A stretch of 64,000 nucleotides of DNA. Source: Lama guanicoe. Its lineage: Eukaryota. The translations under genes were made by a program, and so were the position numbers. Position 1 is the first letter of the stretch; the number at the start of each line of letters is the position of its first letter. The stretch spans positions 6,719,957-6,783,956 of the forward strand of contig MU053881.1 in assembly GCA_013239625.1 (NCBI GenBank), written 5' to 3'. Positions 25,138 through 38,247 of the stretch are shown piece by piece. Under the pieces are notes generated by a model, which made no database searches, was not told where the DNA came from, and was given only the letters and a program-made list of their open reading frames with translations.

Positions 25138-26519
25138 GGTATAAGGCAAAAGCTTCCAAAGACTGGTCAGCGTTAACAATTCCCCTCTTTAATTTCCTAC
25201 AGATGCTGCCACATCCTCAACTGATTCGACTGATACTCCAGAGCTCACACTGCCTTCATACAGGGTCGAGCCTAAAACCCACACGCTCTGCCGTATGAGG
25301 ATGCATGCATCAGGCAAGGCTCTTGGTTGCAAACTACAGTGTCCACTCTGGTTGGCCTATGTAGAGAAAGACTTTATTAGAAGCTATTTGGGAATTCAGA
25401 GACTCTCTAAGAGGGTCAAGATGTTAGGTTTGGAAGCCACTCTATCTGGACCACTGTCCAAGCCCTCTCCAGGAAAGACCTCACCCACTATTTCCCTTGC
25501 TCAACAAAAATGCCATGGCCACCCTAGGAAAGAGACACCAAAATGTCTACACTACTGCCTCCAGAAAGCGGTCTGCCTCCACTGCCGCCCTCACCAAAAA
25601 TGGATTCCATATTTCATCTACTTCCTGAGGCGGACCTCTTTCAGATAAAGCCTCCCATGGGTCCCTCTGCTATCTTAGCCCTAAAGGCAGGGGCAGTGGG
25701 AAGTCTGAGTGTGAGTTCCCGTCTTGAGGAGGGAGAATTTCTAACGTCAGGAATTTTCCAAACATAGACAAAGTGTTCAATAGACCCTGGGAAGCCACAC
25801 ACTGCTGAGGGGACAATCCTGGGGCAGCTCCCTCGGTATGACAGTCAGAAGGGTGTGAGAGGTCAGGCAGCCCCACCGTTGTCCTTGAAACCCAGCTACG
25901 TGATATGCTCTTCTTTGGTCAAGTCATTTCCTCAACTTGAGCCCCAGTTTCCTCACCTACAAAATGAGAAGGGTCGTATCAGCAGCGTGGTTGGGAGGAT
26001 TAAGTGGAGCAGTTTCCAAAGCTCTAATGTAGCACCTGACACACTGGCTACCATTGATGTAAAACCCATCAGTTAGTTGAGATCATCACCACCAATGATC
26101 ATCCTACCCCGGGGCCCTGGCAACCTATACTTCGATTTTATTTATGTTGCCATCTAAACAGTCAACAAATATCTCATGAGTAACGAGCACCTATATGTGC
26201 CAGGCACTGTGCCAGGTGCTGGAATGGTAAATGAGGGATGCAGTCCCTGCTCGTCAAGAGCTGGCCACCCGGGAGAAATAAATGCACCTGCAGCGTTCTG
26301 CAGCGTTCTGCAGTGGGCTGGTGACCACGGTGGCACAGGAAGGGGCTCTCAGCGTTCATCCCCAAGAAAACTATTCAGAGGAGACAACATTCAAGGATGG
26401 GTTTGGCAAGGGAGTAAGGAGTGAGAAGAAGGGCAGGGAAATTCTAGAAACTAACAGGAACAAAGGCATAGAAGGGGAGAGCTGCAAGGCACTTCTGTGG
26501 GAAAGCTCTATGACCTGGT

Positions 26520-26750
26520 GACTATGAGTCTACTTTCTGGAGTCAGACTGTCTCATGTGGGTTCAAATCCCAACTCCGCCATTTATAAGCTCTAAGCCTG
26601 GGCAACTTTGTTATCCCACCCTTGTAAGTCTGTGGTTTGCCAACTGTCAAATGGGAATAATGATTACAGAACTGATCTTAGAGGCTCACAAGAAGATGCA
26701 TGCTCAACAGTGAGCATAGTGCCTAACCTGAAGCAGGAACCCGGCAAATG
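26520..26750 (+). mobile_element. MIR SINE
   Basis: ctggagtcagactg...gggttcaaatcccaactccgccatttataagc...ctgtcaaatgggaataatga. Confidence 0.65.
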
Positions 26751-26859
26751 CAAGTGAGGACGACGTATGATGACTCAGCGTGGCGGTCTGGGTGAGTAGT
26801 GCCCTGGTGTGAGATTAGTCCTTGCCAGAAACCTTGTATCCTTTAACAAGGCAGCAACA

Positions 26860-27345
26860 TTTATCGTCTCCGCCAGCCCAGCAGCCGTCCCCTTTCTTCA
26901 AGGATGAGCTCCTGGGTTTTCCCATTCCTCCCTCAGACACAGTCTGTTTGGTTGTTAAGGCAGAATTCTCTCTCCTCCCAGATCCTGGCCAATCAGAACA
27001 CAGTGTGTGGACAGTCCAGGCCAATGAGAGCCAGCCCTGGGATTTTCCTAGAACTACTGAGAAGTCCTTTGCCACTGAGGCTGCTGAGCTGGCAGGGTGT
27101 AGATCTGGGGCTGCTGGTGGCTACACACGACACCCCAAGGCTAGAGCTCTCCTGAGAACAAAGCCACAAGAAAGGAGAGCAGACCTGAAAAATGGAAATC
27201 CACAGACTCCTGTTGACATTTTCTTTGAGTACTTAGATTCACGTGTGACTGATGGTCATCCTACCAAATGAGTCTTCTTATTTTCTTAAAGGGTAAGAGT
27301 TGACTTTCCATTGCTTGAAACTGAAAAGGACCTGACCGACGCAGA
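26860..27345 (+). mobile_element. ERVL LTR relic (LTR16-like)
   Basis: tggccaatcagaa...ggccaatgagagccagccctgggatttt...ctggggctgctggtggc... and a 3' end gagttgactttccattgcttgaaactgaaaaggacctgac resembling the LTR16 family. Confidence 0.55.
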
Positions 27346-30283
27346 TGGAATACCATGTACCCTTCACTCTGCAAACGGGCTGTGGACCCATCTTTGAGGC
27401 TAACAGTTGTCTCCTATTCAATAAGACTGCCAGCTTTGTTGAATACTTAAAGGGAGGCCAGTGGGCTCCGCTCTCAAATTCAGAGCATCACCTTGGCTGG
27501 AATGACATTTCCCCGGGCACTCAGAGGCGGTCTCAGCACAAATCCCTGAGCAAAGCCTCTTCCTTCCCAAATGAAAAATGGCCTAAAGTCCTTTTAGACC
27601 CTTGGATTTCTCTGCCTGGGCACCCATGGCTCTGTGACTTCTTGAGGTCCCAGACTGGGTCCCAGATTTCTTGCCTCTAAGCAGACAAAGGGGAGTGGAG
27701 GGTAATGGGTCCCCATTACTCTGACATCCCACAAAGGTCTCTCCTCTCAAAGAAGTCTGACACTTGCCCATCAGTAGTAACATTACACTCTTGGGCTTTT
27801 GTTTCCAACCACCTTCCAAACACCTTAGGGAGATGACCTAAGTTCTCCGGAGCTCCTGCTGGGCCCCAGGCACTAGACATAACACTTCTCATCTATTCCT
27901 CGTGCCAGCCATGCAGGAGGGCCCGTTCTACAGATAAGGAAGGTAAATTCAGCCAGCAAATACCATGGCAGAATTGAAGTCTGGTCTGCAGTTCTTTGCA
28001 TGAGCCCATATGATGTTGGGAGGGTCTAATAGTCCTTCAAAACAGCTATCCAGGGACCCAGAGGCCACCTTCAGCTCACTTCTGAAAAAAGGGCCCACTG
28101 ACCAGGGCAGGGTGCCAGGAGAGGTGATGGTGGAGCTGGGGCCAGGGAGCCACTGCAGCCTCCGGGTCCAGAGCGGCTGGGAAGCTGAGCCAGAGCAGCC
28201 TGGGTGAGACTGGCTGCTGAGATGCAGCTTCCCCCAGGGCAGGCCCCCAGGCAGAATTCTCTGAGCTCCTACTACAGTCAATCCTTGAAGCTCCAAGGAA
28301 AGCTCGGGAAGCCTTCCCAAATCCTCCAGCTCACAAATACCACCGCAGCATGCTGTCTCCCCGATACGTGCGGTGATGGATAACAAAAATAAAACGGCCC
28401 CTGTAGAACTGCTGTGTTTCTGTAAACACGGGGCGATAATCATTTCTGAAACTGTTAAACTCTGCCCCCAAAACAAATACTACGTGGCATTAGATTACAT
28501 CACTACTCTCAAAACAAAGGTGTTTTGTTTTATTTAGTTAGTTATTTATTTAATACATTTGCTATTACTGAGAATCCAAGGACAGATGGAGGAAAATGCA
28601 GTTGTCCTAAGATGTGTGTGCTGGGGGTGGGCGTGTATAAGCACGTGTGCCAACCTCCAGCTCAGTGACCCTCTCATACCTCCAGGTCTCCAAGGAGCAC
28701 CCTTCATGTCCGTAGCTTCACAAAATAACTAGTGACCACCTGCCGTGGGTCTTCACATCAATCCTGAATGATTGAAAGTCAAACTCATCTGCCTGGTTTT
28801 GCCTCTGTCCTGAGCTGCTGGCCTTGGCGTGTGGCCTCACACTGGGTCCCTCAGTACACTCACAGCCCCATTTTACAGGTTAGGAGCTCACTGGGGGGCT
28901 AGGAGGAAGGTGACGTTTCCAAAGGGCTACAGAAGCCACAGGGCCAGGATCAGACTCCCTGTCTAGGTCTTCCTGATGCCAGGCCCATATAGTTTCTCCC
29001 GGGCCAGCATCCCTGCCTCAGTCTAGTTCAGCTCTGCAAACATTCATTCATTCAGTGGCTTCAAACCTCCTTCGTAATGGGCAGAATATTGACATACATA
29101 TAAGCAATACATAGCTTTATTTACCTCCTGCCATATGTCAGGCACTGTCAGTTGAAGACATCTTATTTTCAGACCTTAAAGCTTCATAGTCTAGAGTTTC
29201 ATGCTGGGCTTTTGGTGAGCAATAGTGTCCTGAAGCGTGAGGAAGGGTCACCTAGCCAGCTTTGGGATGGAGGAGAGACAAGGGAAGGCTTCCCGGAGGA
29301 GGTGACCCCCATGCCAAGCCCCAGAGGACAGGAAGTGGGTAGTCAGATGAAGGGTGTGGGTGCAAGGCTCGGCTGAGGGAATGGGATGACAGTATCTCAG
29401 TCTTCCCCTCCCACATGTCACTATCTGGGTTCCACTGGTGACTCTCCAATTCCAATAAATCTTCAAGGCCCTGAAGGAAAGATCTCTAATTACAGAGGGG
29501 CATGATCTGGGTACAGTACACATTTGAGATGCAGGAGGATGAATGAACCTCTCCAGTAACAGCTCTGCTGCAGCCCAGGAAGAGCAGAAAAGCCCAGGAC
29601 TTGGAACCCGACAGATCTGGGTTCAAATCGACCCCGGAGTATGTCCTTTGACTGCATGGATCTCCCTTCATCTGAAGAAATGTGGTACCATGTAGGGTCG
29701 ATGACAACAAAAAGAGGTTGATTTTATTGAATGTGTACTGCGGGCCAGGCCCTGTTCTGAGCACTGCAGACTTGGCACCCACTTCAAAGTCACAGCACAT
29801 AAACTGACTTTTGCAAATGAGGAAACTGAGTCCCCAGAAATGTGACATGAGTCTAGCAAGGCTGCACAGCCAGAAGGTGGAGGAACCCAGCTGTACGTGA
29901 AAGAGCCTGGCGATCTGGGCAGACAGCAGGAGCCAGTAACTGCAGACTCAGCAGGGCTGAGCCGGGCCCTGGTGCCTGGGAGAAATTCCAAGGCTGGTTG
30001 TGAGATGGAATTGCACGGAGCGTGGAGATGAGTGGCCCCAGGAGAGCAGCCTGGTCGACTCTGGCATTCCCAGTGGTGGCACTGTTTCCCTGGTGACTGG
30101 CAGGGGTGAGGCTGTGCAGGGGTGAGGCTTCTGAGCAAGGGATGCAGAGGGGAGGTACTGCCAGCTCACTGTCAACTAACCCTCGCCCCTTGCTGAGGGG
30201 GACGGCAGAGCCACGATTACAGGAATTACTCCCTTCACCCAGGCAGACCCAGGGGAGGCAGATGGCTCGCCCCACCCACCCAC

Positions 30284-30327
30284 NNNNNNNNNNNNNNNNN
30301 NNNNNNNNNNNNNNNNNNNNNNNNNNN
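30284..30327. other. Assembly gap (44 N) flanked by C-rich (CCCA)n-like sequence
   Basis: Directly visible run of N. Confidence 1.
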
Positions 30328-30639
30328 CCACCCCTCTCCCCCCAGGAGAAGCTTCCAGAGCACTCCTGCCTCTGCTCAGTTGCCTAGGAAAGGGGCTTGT
30401 CACCATGTTTGGCTGGCATTGCAACACAGTAGTCTGAGTCAGAGACACATGGCAAGAAAGGTCAAGGCTCCCGAATTAACTCAAGGAAAAACTGCCAATC
30501 TGCAAAGATCTATGTTGGGTTTTTATGGAGGTCTTCCTTCCCCCGCATTCCAGAAAAGGAGTGCAGGTTGCTGGTGTGCAGAGATGGGTGCACTTCAGAC
30601 ACTGGAGTGCTTGGTTAGTCCCTGGTCAGGCTGTGTTGA

Positions 30640-30820
30640 GTCCCAGGCACTAGCTAGGGACTTTTACACAGATTACTTCCTTTATTCTCACAGTACTCCT
30701 ATGGGGGATTTTGATTCCCCCATTTCACAGGAGAGCAAACTGAGGCCAAGGGAAGTTAAGTTACTTGCCCAAGGTCATCTGTCTGGTAAGGGCTGGAGCC
30801 AGGTTAGGACCCAGGCATTT
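30640..30820 (-). mobile_element. MIR SINE
   Basis: ccccatttcacaggagagcaaactgaggccaagggaagttaagttacttgcccaaggtca. Confidence 0.7.
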
Positions 30821-31699
30821 GCAGTGTGCGGGCTCAGCCACTCAGAGACCAGAGACAGGGACCTGCCTGCGGAGGCAGCGGCTTCCCAAGCCCAGGCTGG
30901 CCTGGTTGCTCAGGCGTGGGCTCTTCCCACCTGTCCTGGGTGCACAGTGAGAACCCAGTACTTGGGGCACCTCAGTCTGAGCCCAGGGTCTCACTAAGAC
31001 TATAATGTATCAGACAAAGCTCCCCAGGCCTTGGACAGAAACTCCCCACTAACTGCAGCTGCCATCAGACGTCCCCTCATTCCTTCAATCTGGAACTAGA
31101 CCAAGTTGCACGTTTTCACTCCCTTGCCCCAACCCACTTGTCAGAAGCAGGGGTTTTATAGAAGAGAGAGCTCTGTCACGCCTGGTGAGCCCTTGGGGAG
31201 CTCAGAGCACTTGACCTTCCAGAGGGAGCTGTCCGGTTCCACACTAGGAGGGGCTGGGACGTGGCAGAGAGCTCCAGGTTGGGGTTCAGGAGTCAGACTC
31301 CTGGGGTGGCCAGAGGTAAGGCCCTTCCCCTCTCAGGACCTCAGTTTCTGCCTCTGTAAAATGAAGAAGTGGACTAGCTCAAATCTTTTTTTTTTTTTTT
31401 TGATTTTCTCTTTTGTGAGTATCCACCTTGGGACCTGCGGCAAACACTTGATAAAATAGCTACTGTGCACTGATTAAGTTCTGAGTGCTTCACGTGAGTC
31501 ATTTTATTGAATCCTCCCAACAACCCCATGGGATAGGTTCTTTTGTTATTTCTAAGTTGTAGACACGCAGAAGGAAGAACAGAGCGGCGGGTTCAAGTGA
31601 CTTGCCCACGGTCACTCAGCAGGTGATGGAGCCAAGGTTGAAACCCTAATACGGTTTCAGTGCCTGGAGCATTCAGCCTTCCATCGTTCATTCCTCACT

Positions 31700-32450
31700 T
31701 ACATTTTCAGGCATGGCAAGGCCAAGTTTGAGCAACTAAAGAAAGGGCACAGTGGCATCCAACAAGGTTGGTTGTCATGAGTATGACAGGAGATACAGTG
31801 CTGGAGCTTGGCCAGACTGTGGAGGGATAAAATTGGCTCTGAGGCTGATGGGAAACCACTGGAAGGAGCTGAGCATGGGAAGATGTGACCAGATTTACCC
31901 TAAGAAAGACGGATCTGGAGGTAGTGGGGAGGATGGTCTCAAGTTACTGAGGATGGAGGTACAGAGGCCAGTGAGGAGGCCACTACAAGAAAGCCAGAGA
32001 CGACCCCAGGCCATGCAAGGTGGGAAGGGAGGACAGGCAGAATGCAAGAGACACACCTGCTGTAGAACTGACGTGACTTGGCCTCAGATGACTTGCAGAT
32101 GATGGGGGAGAAGAAGGTTAGAAGGACTCCTGGGTTTCTGGCTGGGGGCTTGGTCTGGGACGATGGAGTGCTGCTGGCCGAGAAGAGAATATGGCTGAGC
32201 AGCAGACTGGGGTAAGAAGAGCAGAACTCATCTTGGGGCAGGAGAAGTGGCAGGAGACATCCGTTCGGAGATGCCCAGCATGTGCTTGGAGAAGCTCAGA
32301 CGGTGCCGTGGGTGCTGGAGTACTTGGCGTCCATAGCACATCGGTGCTAGTGGGAGGAGATGGGCCCTCGCAGGGAGGAGGTGTATGGAGGAAGAACACA
32401 AAAGGGCTTAGGTTAGAACTCTGGGGATCCCTCCTTGACGAGGGTGGGCA
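31700..32450 (-). mobile_element. Degenerate LINE-2 fragment
   Basis: tgatgggaaaccactggaaggagctgagcatgggaagatgtgaccagatt...gaggccagtgaggaggc...gactcctgggtttctggctggggg are typical reverse-strand L2 phrases. Confidence 0.6.
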
Positions 32451-34035
32451 GAGGAAGAGCGAACGCATCCACTTCCCACCTCCATCGGCTGACATCTGCC
32501 GAGTCCTGGCCCTGCCAGCTGGGATACTTAGGAGGCCAATAGATTATCCTGTTCTTTCAAACTCGGCCCCAAGTAGCAGTAACCGGTCGCAGTCCCCAAA
32601 CCCTGCCTCTCTGCTCTGGCACCAGCCCAGGATTCTCCAGCAGGCTCTGAATCGTGTAATTATCCATGCAATAATTATGCCTGGCAGAAGGCTCCAGCTT
32701 TCCTGGGGGAGGGCTTCCCAGAGCATCGCTAACAATCCAATCACCATCAGCCTGCTCTGAGGATGCTCGCTACAGCTCGGCTCCCTTCCCCTGCTCGAAA
32801 TCAGAGCATAGTCCCCGGCTGGCCCAGGGGGCACCTCCTGTGCAGGAGCAGGTGGGCACCCATCAGTCTGAAGGGGGGGACCTGTCAGTATCACTGGGTT
32901 TGGCTTCCTGGATGTACACAGCCCCACCTTGGACTGCTGACACCCAGAGAGCTTCCGTGATCTCCCACAGCCCTATTTATGACCTGGGGTGGGTGGTGGG
33001 AGAGAAAAATCTATCAACTCAGAGCAAGCAGCTAATCAGTTTTTTTCAGTTGCCTCAGGTCTTCTGATGTAATTATAATTCCTACTAAGGCGCTGGTGAG
33101 TGTCAGACTCATTTCAACAACAGCCGCAGACACGATAATCAAAGCGCCAGGATTCCTTTGTTCCAAACCCCGTACAGACGAGGCTCACAAGGTGCGCTTT
33201 GGAGGGAAAACTGAACACGGGACTTTTTTTTTTTTCTCACCTCCTCTCCTTCCTGTTTCCTCCCATACAGAGATCAGGCAGAAGCTGCCAGAGTCCCACA
33301 TGCGACTGGAAACAGACCCAGGCCTACGGGGCTGTGAATGTAGCTCCCACACATGCACGGGCCAGCCGGAGAAACCTCATAATGAGGCAGGAGTGGTGCC
33401 GAGGGAAGGCTGCTGGCTGCTTCCCAGAGACTTCGCGAGGTGGCATTTACCTTGGCGAATTCCCCAGCCTCTGGTCCCCAGCCTTGGAGGTTCGGAAACC
33501 TGATTTTGCTGGCACACCCAGAGGGAACCCATCTGTCAGAACACTCCCATTAACCCAGATCATGAGACCAAAATATAAACTACACTGAGAAAAGGAATTG
33601 CCATGCAAAACAGGACTGCTGAAGCTGTCGTGACCAGCACGGTCTCTCCCTGGAGGCAGAGCTGCTACGTTATAATAATAAAGTTTCCTGGTGAACTCAG
33701 AGTCATCTGGGATGCTGGCTGGGCCACTAGAATGTTTAATGGCAACAGACTCCGACAGTTGGCTGCATCCTTTCCCAGGAGGGAGGCAGCTGACACCGGG
33801 ATCACACAGGCCATGTCCCTGGGCAGGGCAGGACTTCCCCGGACAGGTTTGGTGTGGACCCTGCCTTCTGACCTCTCGTCCGTGAGCTGCCCTTCTCCAT
33901 GCCCAAGATGACCAAACAGCAACTGGCCTCAGACTCCTTCCCCAGGCAGGACTCCACCCAACTGACTGGGTTCCCATCTGTCTGAACTGCTGTCTGTGGC
34001 AGGCCTGGCTGCGTTTTTTACAAGAGCATAAAGTT

Positions 34036-34112
34036 TGCTGTACACCAGAAATTGACACAACACTGTAAACTGATTATATTTCAATTTTTCAAAAAATTTC
34101 TTAAAAAAAAAA
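34036..34112 (+). mobile_element. Very short 5'-truncated LINE-1 3' end with poly(A) and diverged target-site duplication
   Basis: gctgtacaccagaaattgacacaacactgtaaactgattatatttcaat followed by an A tail. Flanks aagagcataaagtttg (34022) and aagggtataaatttg (34111) resemble a TSD. Confidence 0.7.
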
Positions 34113-34129
34113 GGGTATAAATTTGTCGC

Positions 34130-34505
34130 TAGGCCAGCCAGAGACCACATTTTCTGCCTCTTCCCCCACCACCGTCCCACCATATCTGGGTGGGATAAGA
34201 CAAACTTTTCCCAGTGAAATCTGTATATAAGTGATATTTGTCATGGCTGGACCACAGTGGTTAAGAAGCGTTGTGCCATCTCTGCCCCCTTCATCTTGAT
34301 GTAAAGGTGGCCCTCGGGTTGGTGGAGTGACAAGATGGAAGGAATAGGGATCCCTGAGTGACTACGTGGAAGAAAGCTCCTTGCCCACCAGGAACATCCA
34401 CATTGAATAGTTATATTAATGATAAATAAACTTCTATGTGTTAAACCATTGAAATATTGGGGTCTATTTGTTACAGCAACTAGCATTACCGCAAAGACTA
34501 AATTG
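34130..34505 (+). mobile_element. MaLR LTR relic (MLT1J-like)
   Basis: acaagatggaagga...gggatccctgagtgactacgtgga...aaataaacttctatgtgttaaaccattgaaatattggggtctatttgttacagcaactagcatta. Confidence 0.65.
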
Positions 34506-34829
34506 TTCTATTCTAGGTGTACCTCCCTGAGATTACAATCGTCAGACAATGGAGGGTTAAATCTTCTGAGACTTCGAATTCATATCCAACTACCATCTCA
34601 TGTGTCACTCCTAAAGGTGGCTGACGGTGTGTGCTTTGTGTGGATTTGCTTTTCCAAGTTCTAACTTGATTTCCACTGGCCTTCCTTCCCAGATACGACC
34701 TGATGTTTCTTGCAGATTCTAAGCCACAGACATGACATGGCACATGGGATTCTGAAAGTATAGATATTTATTCAAAGAAACCAACACACAAATGACTGGA
34801 ATGGTCTTTCAGCCTGGAAGAGGAGTTTA

Positions 34830-34873
34830 AACACACACACACACACACACATACACACACATACACATACACA
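34830..34873. repeat. Interrupted (CA)n microsatellite
   Basis: Directly visible. Confidence 0.9.
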
Positions 34874-34974
34874 GAAATGCACTCACAAAACCAGAATGGA
34901 GGCAGAGCAGAGAGACAGCCTGGAGCAGCAAATACAAACTTAATCAGAACTGGAATGCCAATGAATTTCATCTA

Positions 34975-35142
34975 TCTCCCATGCCAACCGTAATCAATTG
35001 ATAGTGACTGCCTGGAATGCTGTGTTAAGAAGGATTCTGAGTCACATTCTAGCTCAGAAGGAAAGAATACTATGATGGATGATCAACGTCTGCCATGGGT
35101 AATAGATGAGGTAATGATAGCACATTAGGAACTGTCACCCTT
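34975..35142. mobile_element. Probable MER-type non-autonomous DNA transposon relic
   Basis: attgatagtgactgcctggaatgctgtgttaagaaggattctgag...gtctgccatggg resembles an ancient eutherian MER consensus as recalled; family not assigned. Confidence 0.4.
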
Positions 35143-35234
35143 GTGCTAAGGACTAGGACTGTGGCTACAGAGGAGCCTAGATTTATTGGACTCATTGAGT
35201 CAAACCACAACAACCAAAACCATTACTAATCCTC

Positions 35235-35445
35235 AGGTGAGTGCCTATTACAGGGCAGGTGTTTTATATACAACTTTTCAATTAATCCCCACAGTAACTC
35301 TGAAGGGAGCTACCAGCCCTATTTTACAGGCGGAAGGATCTGAGGTTCAGAGAGAGCAGGTGACTTACCCAAGATCACACAGCTCAAGAAAGGCAGAGCC
35401 AAGTTCTAGATAAGAACTGCCTGGCCTCTAAGTCTGTGCATTTCA
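35235..35445 (-). mobile_element. MIR SINE
   Basis: cctattttacaggcggaaggatctgaggttcagagagagcaggtgacttacccaagatcacacagct. Confidence 0.7.
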
Positions 35446-37631
35446 CCATAACATGGAACACCCTCTGCATTCAGTGGGGTGTGGACTGAGAGGAGCAATA
35501 TCCGTCCGTCTTTCAGTCTGGCTGCTGCCCACTGACAGGAGAGCAATGGTGGCGGGGGAAGGGCTTGTCTCCCAAGCGGCTCAGATGGAAGCTGTGTGAA
35601 AACCAGATTGGTTTTGGGTTTGCACTTCCTACAGCCTTTCTCCGTCTCTTGAGTTTGGTTTATTGCTCTTCCAAAGTTTTGGAAGAAGGCCAAGAAAGGC
35701 AGGAAGAGAAGGAGAGAAGGGATGGGAGACTCTCGTGTTGTCAGCTCCAATGATGTGCGAGCCACCGGGGAGAGATCACAGGGCTGGCGGCCAGGAGAAC
35801 TGGATTCGTCTGCTGCTGCGTCGAGTTGGCTGAGCAACTGTGGGAAGCAGCTTTCCTGAGCCTCAACTTCCTCCCGTGTCCAATGGAGCTAAGCACAGGC
35901 AGTAGGTGTAGAGCCCCTGAGCAATGGCCCTACAGAGACCTCAGTGACAGACACGTGTGGGACCAACAATGTCCATGCACCCGTCAGCCAGGTGACCTGG
36001 GACCTTGGGCAAGTCACGTCTCCTTTCTGAGCTTCAGTCTTCACACTTCTAAAACAGAGATAACAACAATACCTACCTCTAAGGGGTGTGTGACAATTAA
36101 ATGAGATCATTTAGGGGACATGCCCAGTCCAGTGTCTGATGTTCCATTCAGGGCAGCACTCCTTAGCTCTCTCCACACAAGTGCACACACACCAAACACC
36201 CTTTAAAGAGCTCCTGATTGACATACGGAGTCATTGGTTGAGATTAGAAGTCGGGGGTGGGGGGTGTGAGCGGCAGCCTGTCTCAGTTTCCATTCTTTGC
36301 AGATTGCACGTGGTGCTTTGTATCCTCGAACAGATTCAGCCTAGCTTCTGTCCGTCCCTCCATCCTCTCGCTCATCCTGTGTCTTTGCTTGAGTTCTCCT
36401 TTCTACCTTGATGCCCGTACACGCCCTTGAACAACATTAATGATCACAACAGTAAACATGCCAACAGCGAACGAATTCTCCCTCTCTCTTCTCCCTCTAC
36501 TGCGTGCTTGCTACAGGCAGGCAGCCTGCTCCCCCCACTCTACATGTTTGCATTTTCTTCCACACTCTTATTACCCTTCCCCCTCCCTTCAGCCCCTTCT
36601 TGACTCTGTTCCAGGGTTTTGGGGAAAAACAAATCAACTCCAGGACAGATAAAGGCTGCAGGCAGCTCTAACCCCCAAACCACTTTGGTCTTTCCATTGC
36701 CTCCCATCCTGAGCTGCCTGGGAGACAAATCCCCATTCCTTACTCCATTTACACTTGATTTTCCATACTTTTCCAGGGAACTGATGTGGCTGGTATTATT
36801 AACCTCACTGGACATACGGAGGAACAAAGGTTCACACAGTAACTGCACTTAGAATCATATAGCCAATGAGAGACAAGCCTGGGATTTAAATCTAAGGCTA
36901 AGTCTCCAAATCTAATTTCTTATTTGACAGAATAGCACCTGGACCCAAATGCCTACAGGTCACCTCCATTTTCCTAAACAACCCCATCAAAAACATGTGA
37001 TCCGTTCAGGGGACCCCCTCAGGCTCAGAGTTCCAAGATCAGGAGATTTAAGGTGAATTCAAGCCATATATGTTCCACCAAAGACGGACACACAAAATCT
37101 CTGGTCTATTATAATTCACCACCTATTATATTAGTCTCTGCATTAGGGATAGAAATAATAAATGCTACCAATGTTAAGAACTACTGCCATTTACTGAGCC
37201 CTTACTATGTGCCACATACGTAAAAGCTACGAGAACCCTGCAAGGTCGGCACGGGATGATTCCTTTTGCAAGATGAACAGAGGCCCTCCACGTGACTTAC
37301 CTGCCCAGGGTGAAAGGTGGGCTGTGGAGGGACTGGACTTAAAGCCACTTTGTAATCCCTCCAAGGATGAAGGGGAAGGATGGTTGCGAAGAATGTTTCC
37401 AGATGTGGGACCAGCCTCTCATTCTTTCTGCACAAGGAAGGGCACTGGGGAGGAGGCACGGATGCGCCAGAAGCAGCAGACGGGAGGCGCCGTTTTCTCC
37501 GCTGCTGCTTGTACGCCGGCAGTGCAGAATCAGGGCAGAACACGGCTGGGCCAGGCGGACATCCAGGGGGCTCCTGGGCAGGCTTCCCAGCGTGCCAGCT
37601 AAGAAGGGCTGCTGCAGCCGCCACCCTGTCT

Positions 37632-38247
37632 CTGGCGTGAGAGCAGGAGCACCCCGATGTGCTGGGGAGCTGCCTGGCGACCCCTGGCATGAGAGCAGAA
37701 GCACCCCAATGTCATGCAGCTGGGGAGCTGCCTGGTGACCCCTGGCATGAGAGCAGGAGCACCCCGATGTGCTGGGGAGCTGCCTGGAGAGCCCGCACAC
37801 CTCGGGAGGTGGGACAGTTCACTGATGAGTTCACCTGAGAGCACAGCCTGTTTCCTTCTGCAGCTTTACTGTTTCTTCCCACAAATATTTATTGATAATG
37901 GGGCGGGGAGCTGCCTGGCGACCCCTGGCGTGAGAGCAGGAGCACCCCAATGTCATGCAGCTGGGGAGCTGCCTGGTGACCCCTGGCATGAGAGCAGGAG
38001 CACCCCGATGTGCTGGGGAGCTGCCTGGCGACCCCTGGCATGAGAGCAGAAGCACCCCAATGTCATGCAGCTGGGGAGCTGCCTGGTGACCCCTGGCATG
38101 AGAGCAGGAGCACCCCGATGTGCTGGGGAGCTGCCTGGAGAGCCCGCACACCTCGGGAGGTGGGACAGTTCACTGATGAGTTCACCTGAGAGCACAGCCT
38201 GTTTCCTTCTGCAGCTTTACTGTTTTTTCCCACAAATATTTATTGAT
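37632..38247. repeat. GC-rich compound minisatellite (alternating 52- and 58-bp units) with a 265-bp direct duplication
   Basis: Units ctggcRtgagagcagRagcacccc...gctggggagctgcctggYgaccc start at 37632, 37684, 37742, 37925, 37983, 38035 and 38093. Block 37632-37896 recurs at 37983-38247 (offset 351). Confidence 0.95.

Noticed and set aside
30270..30345. N-run flanked by C-rich sequence as a possible hidden element
   Set aside because: A short 44-base gap, most likely a hard-to-sequence C-rich simple repeat; nothing can be inferred.
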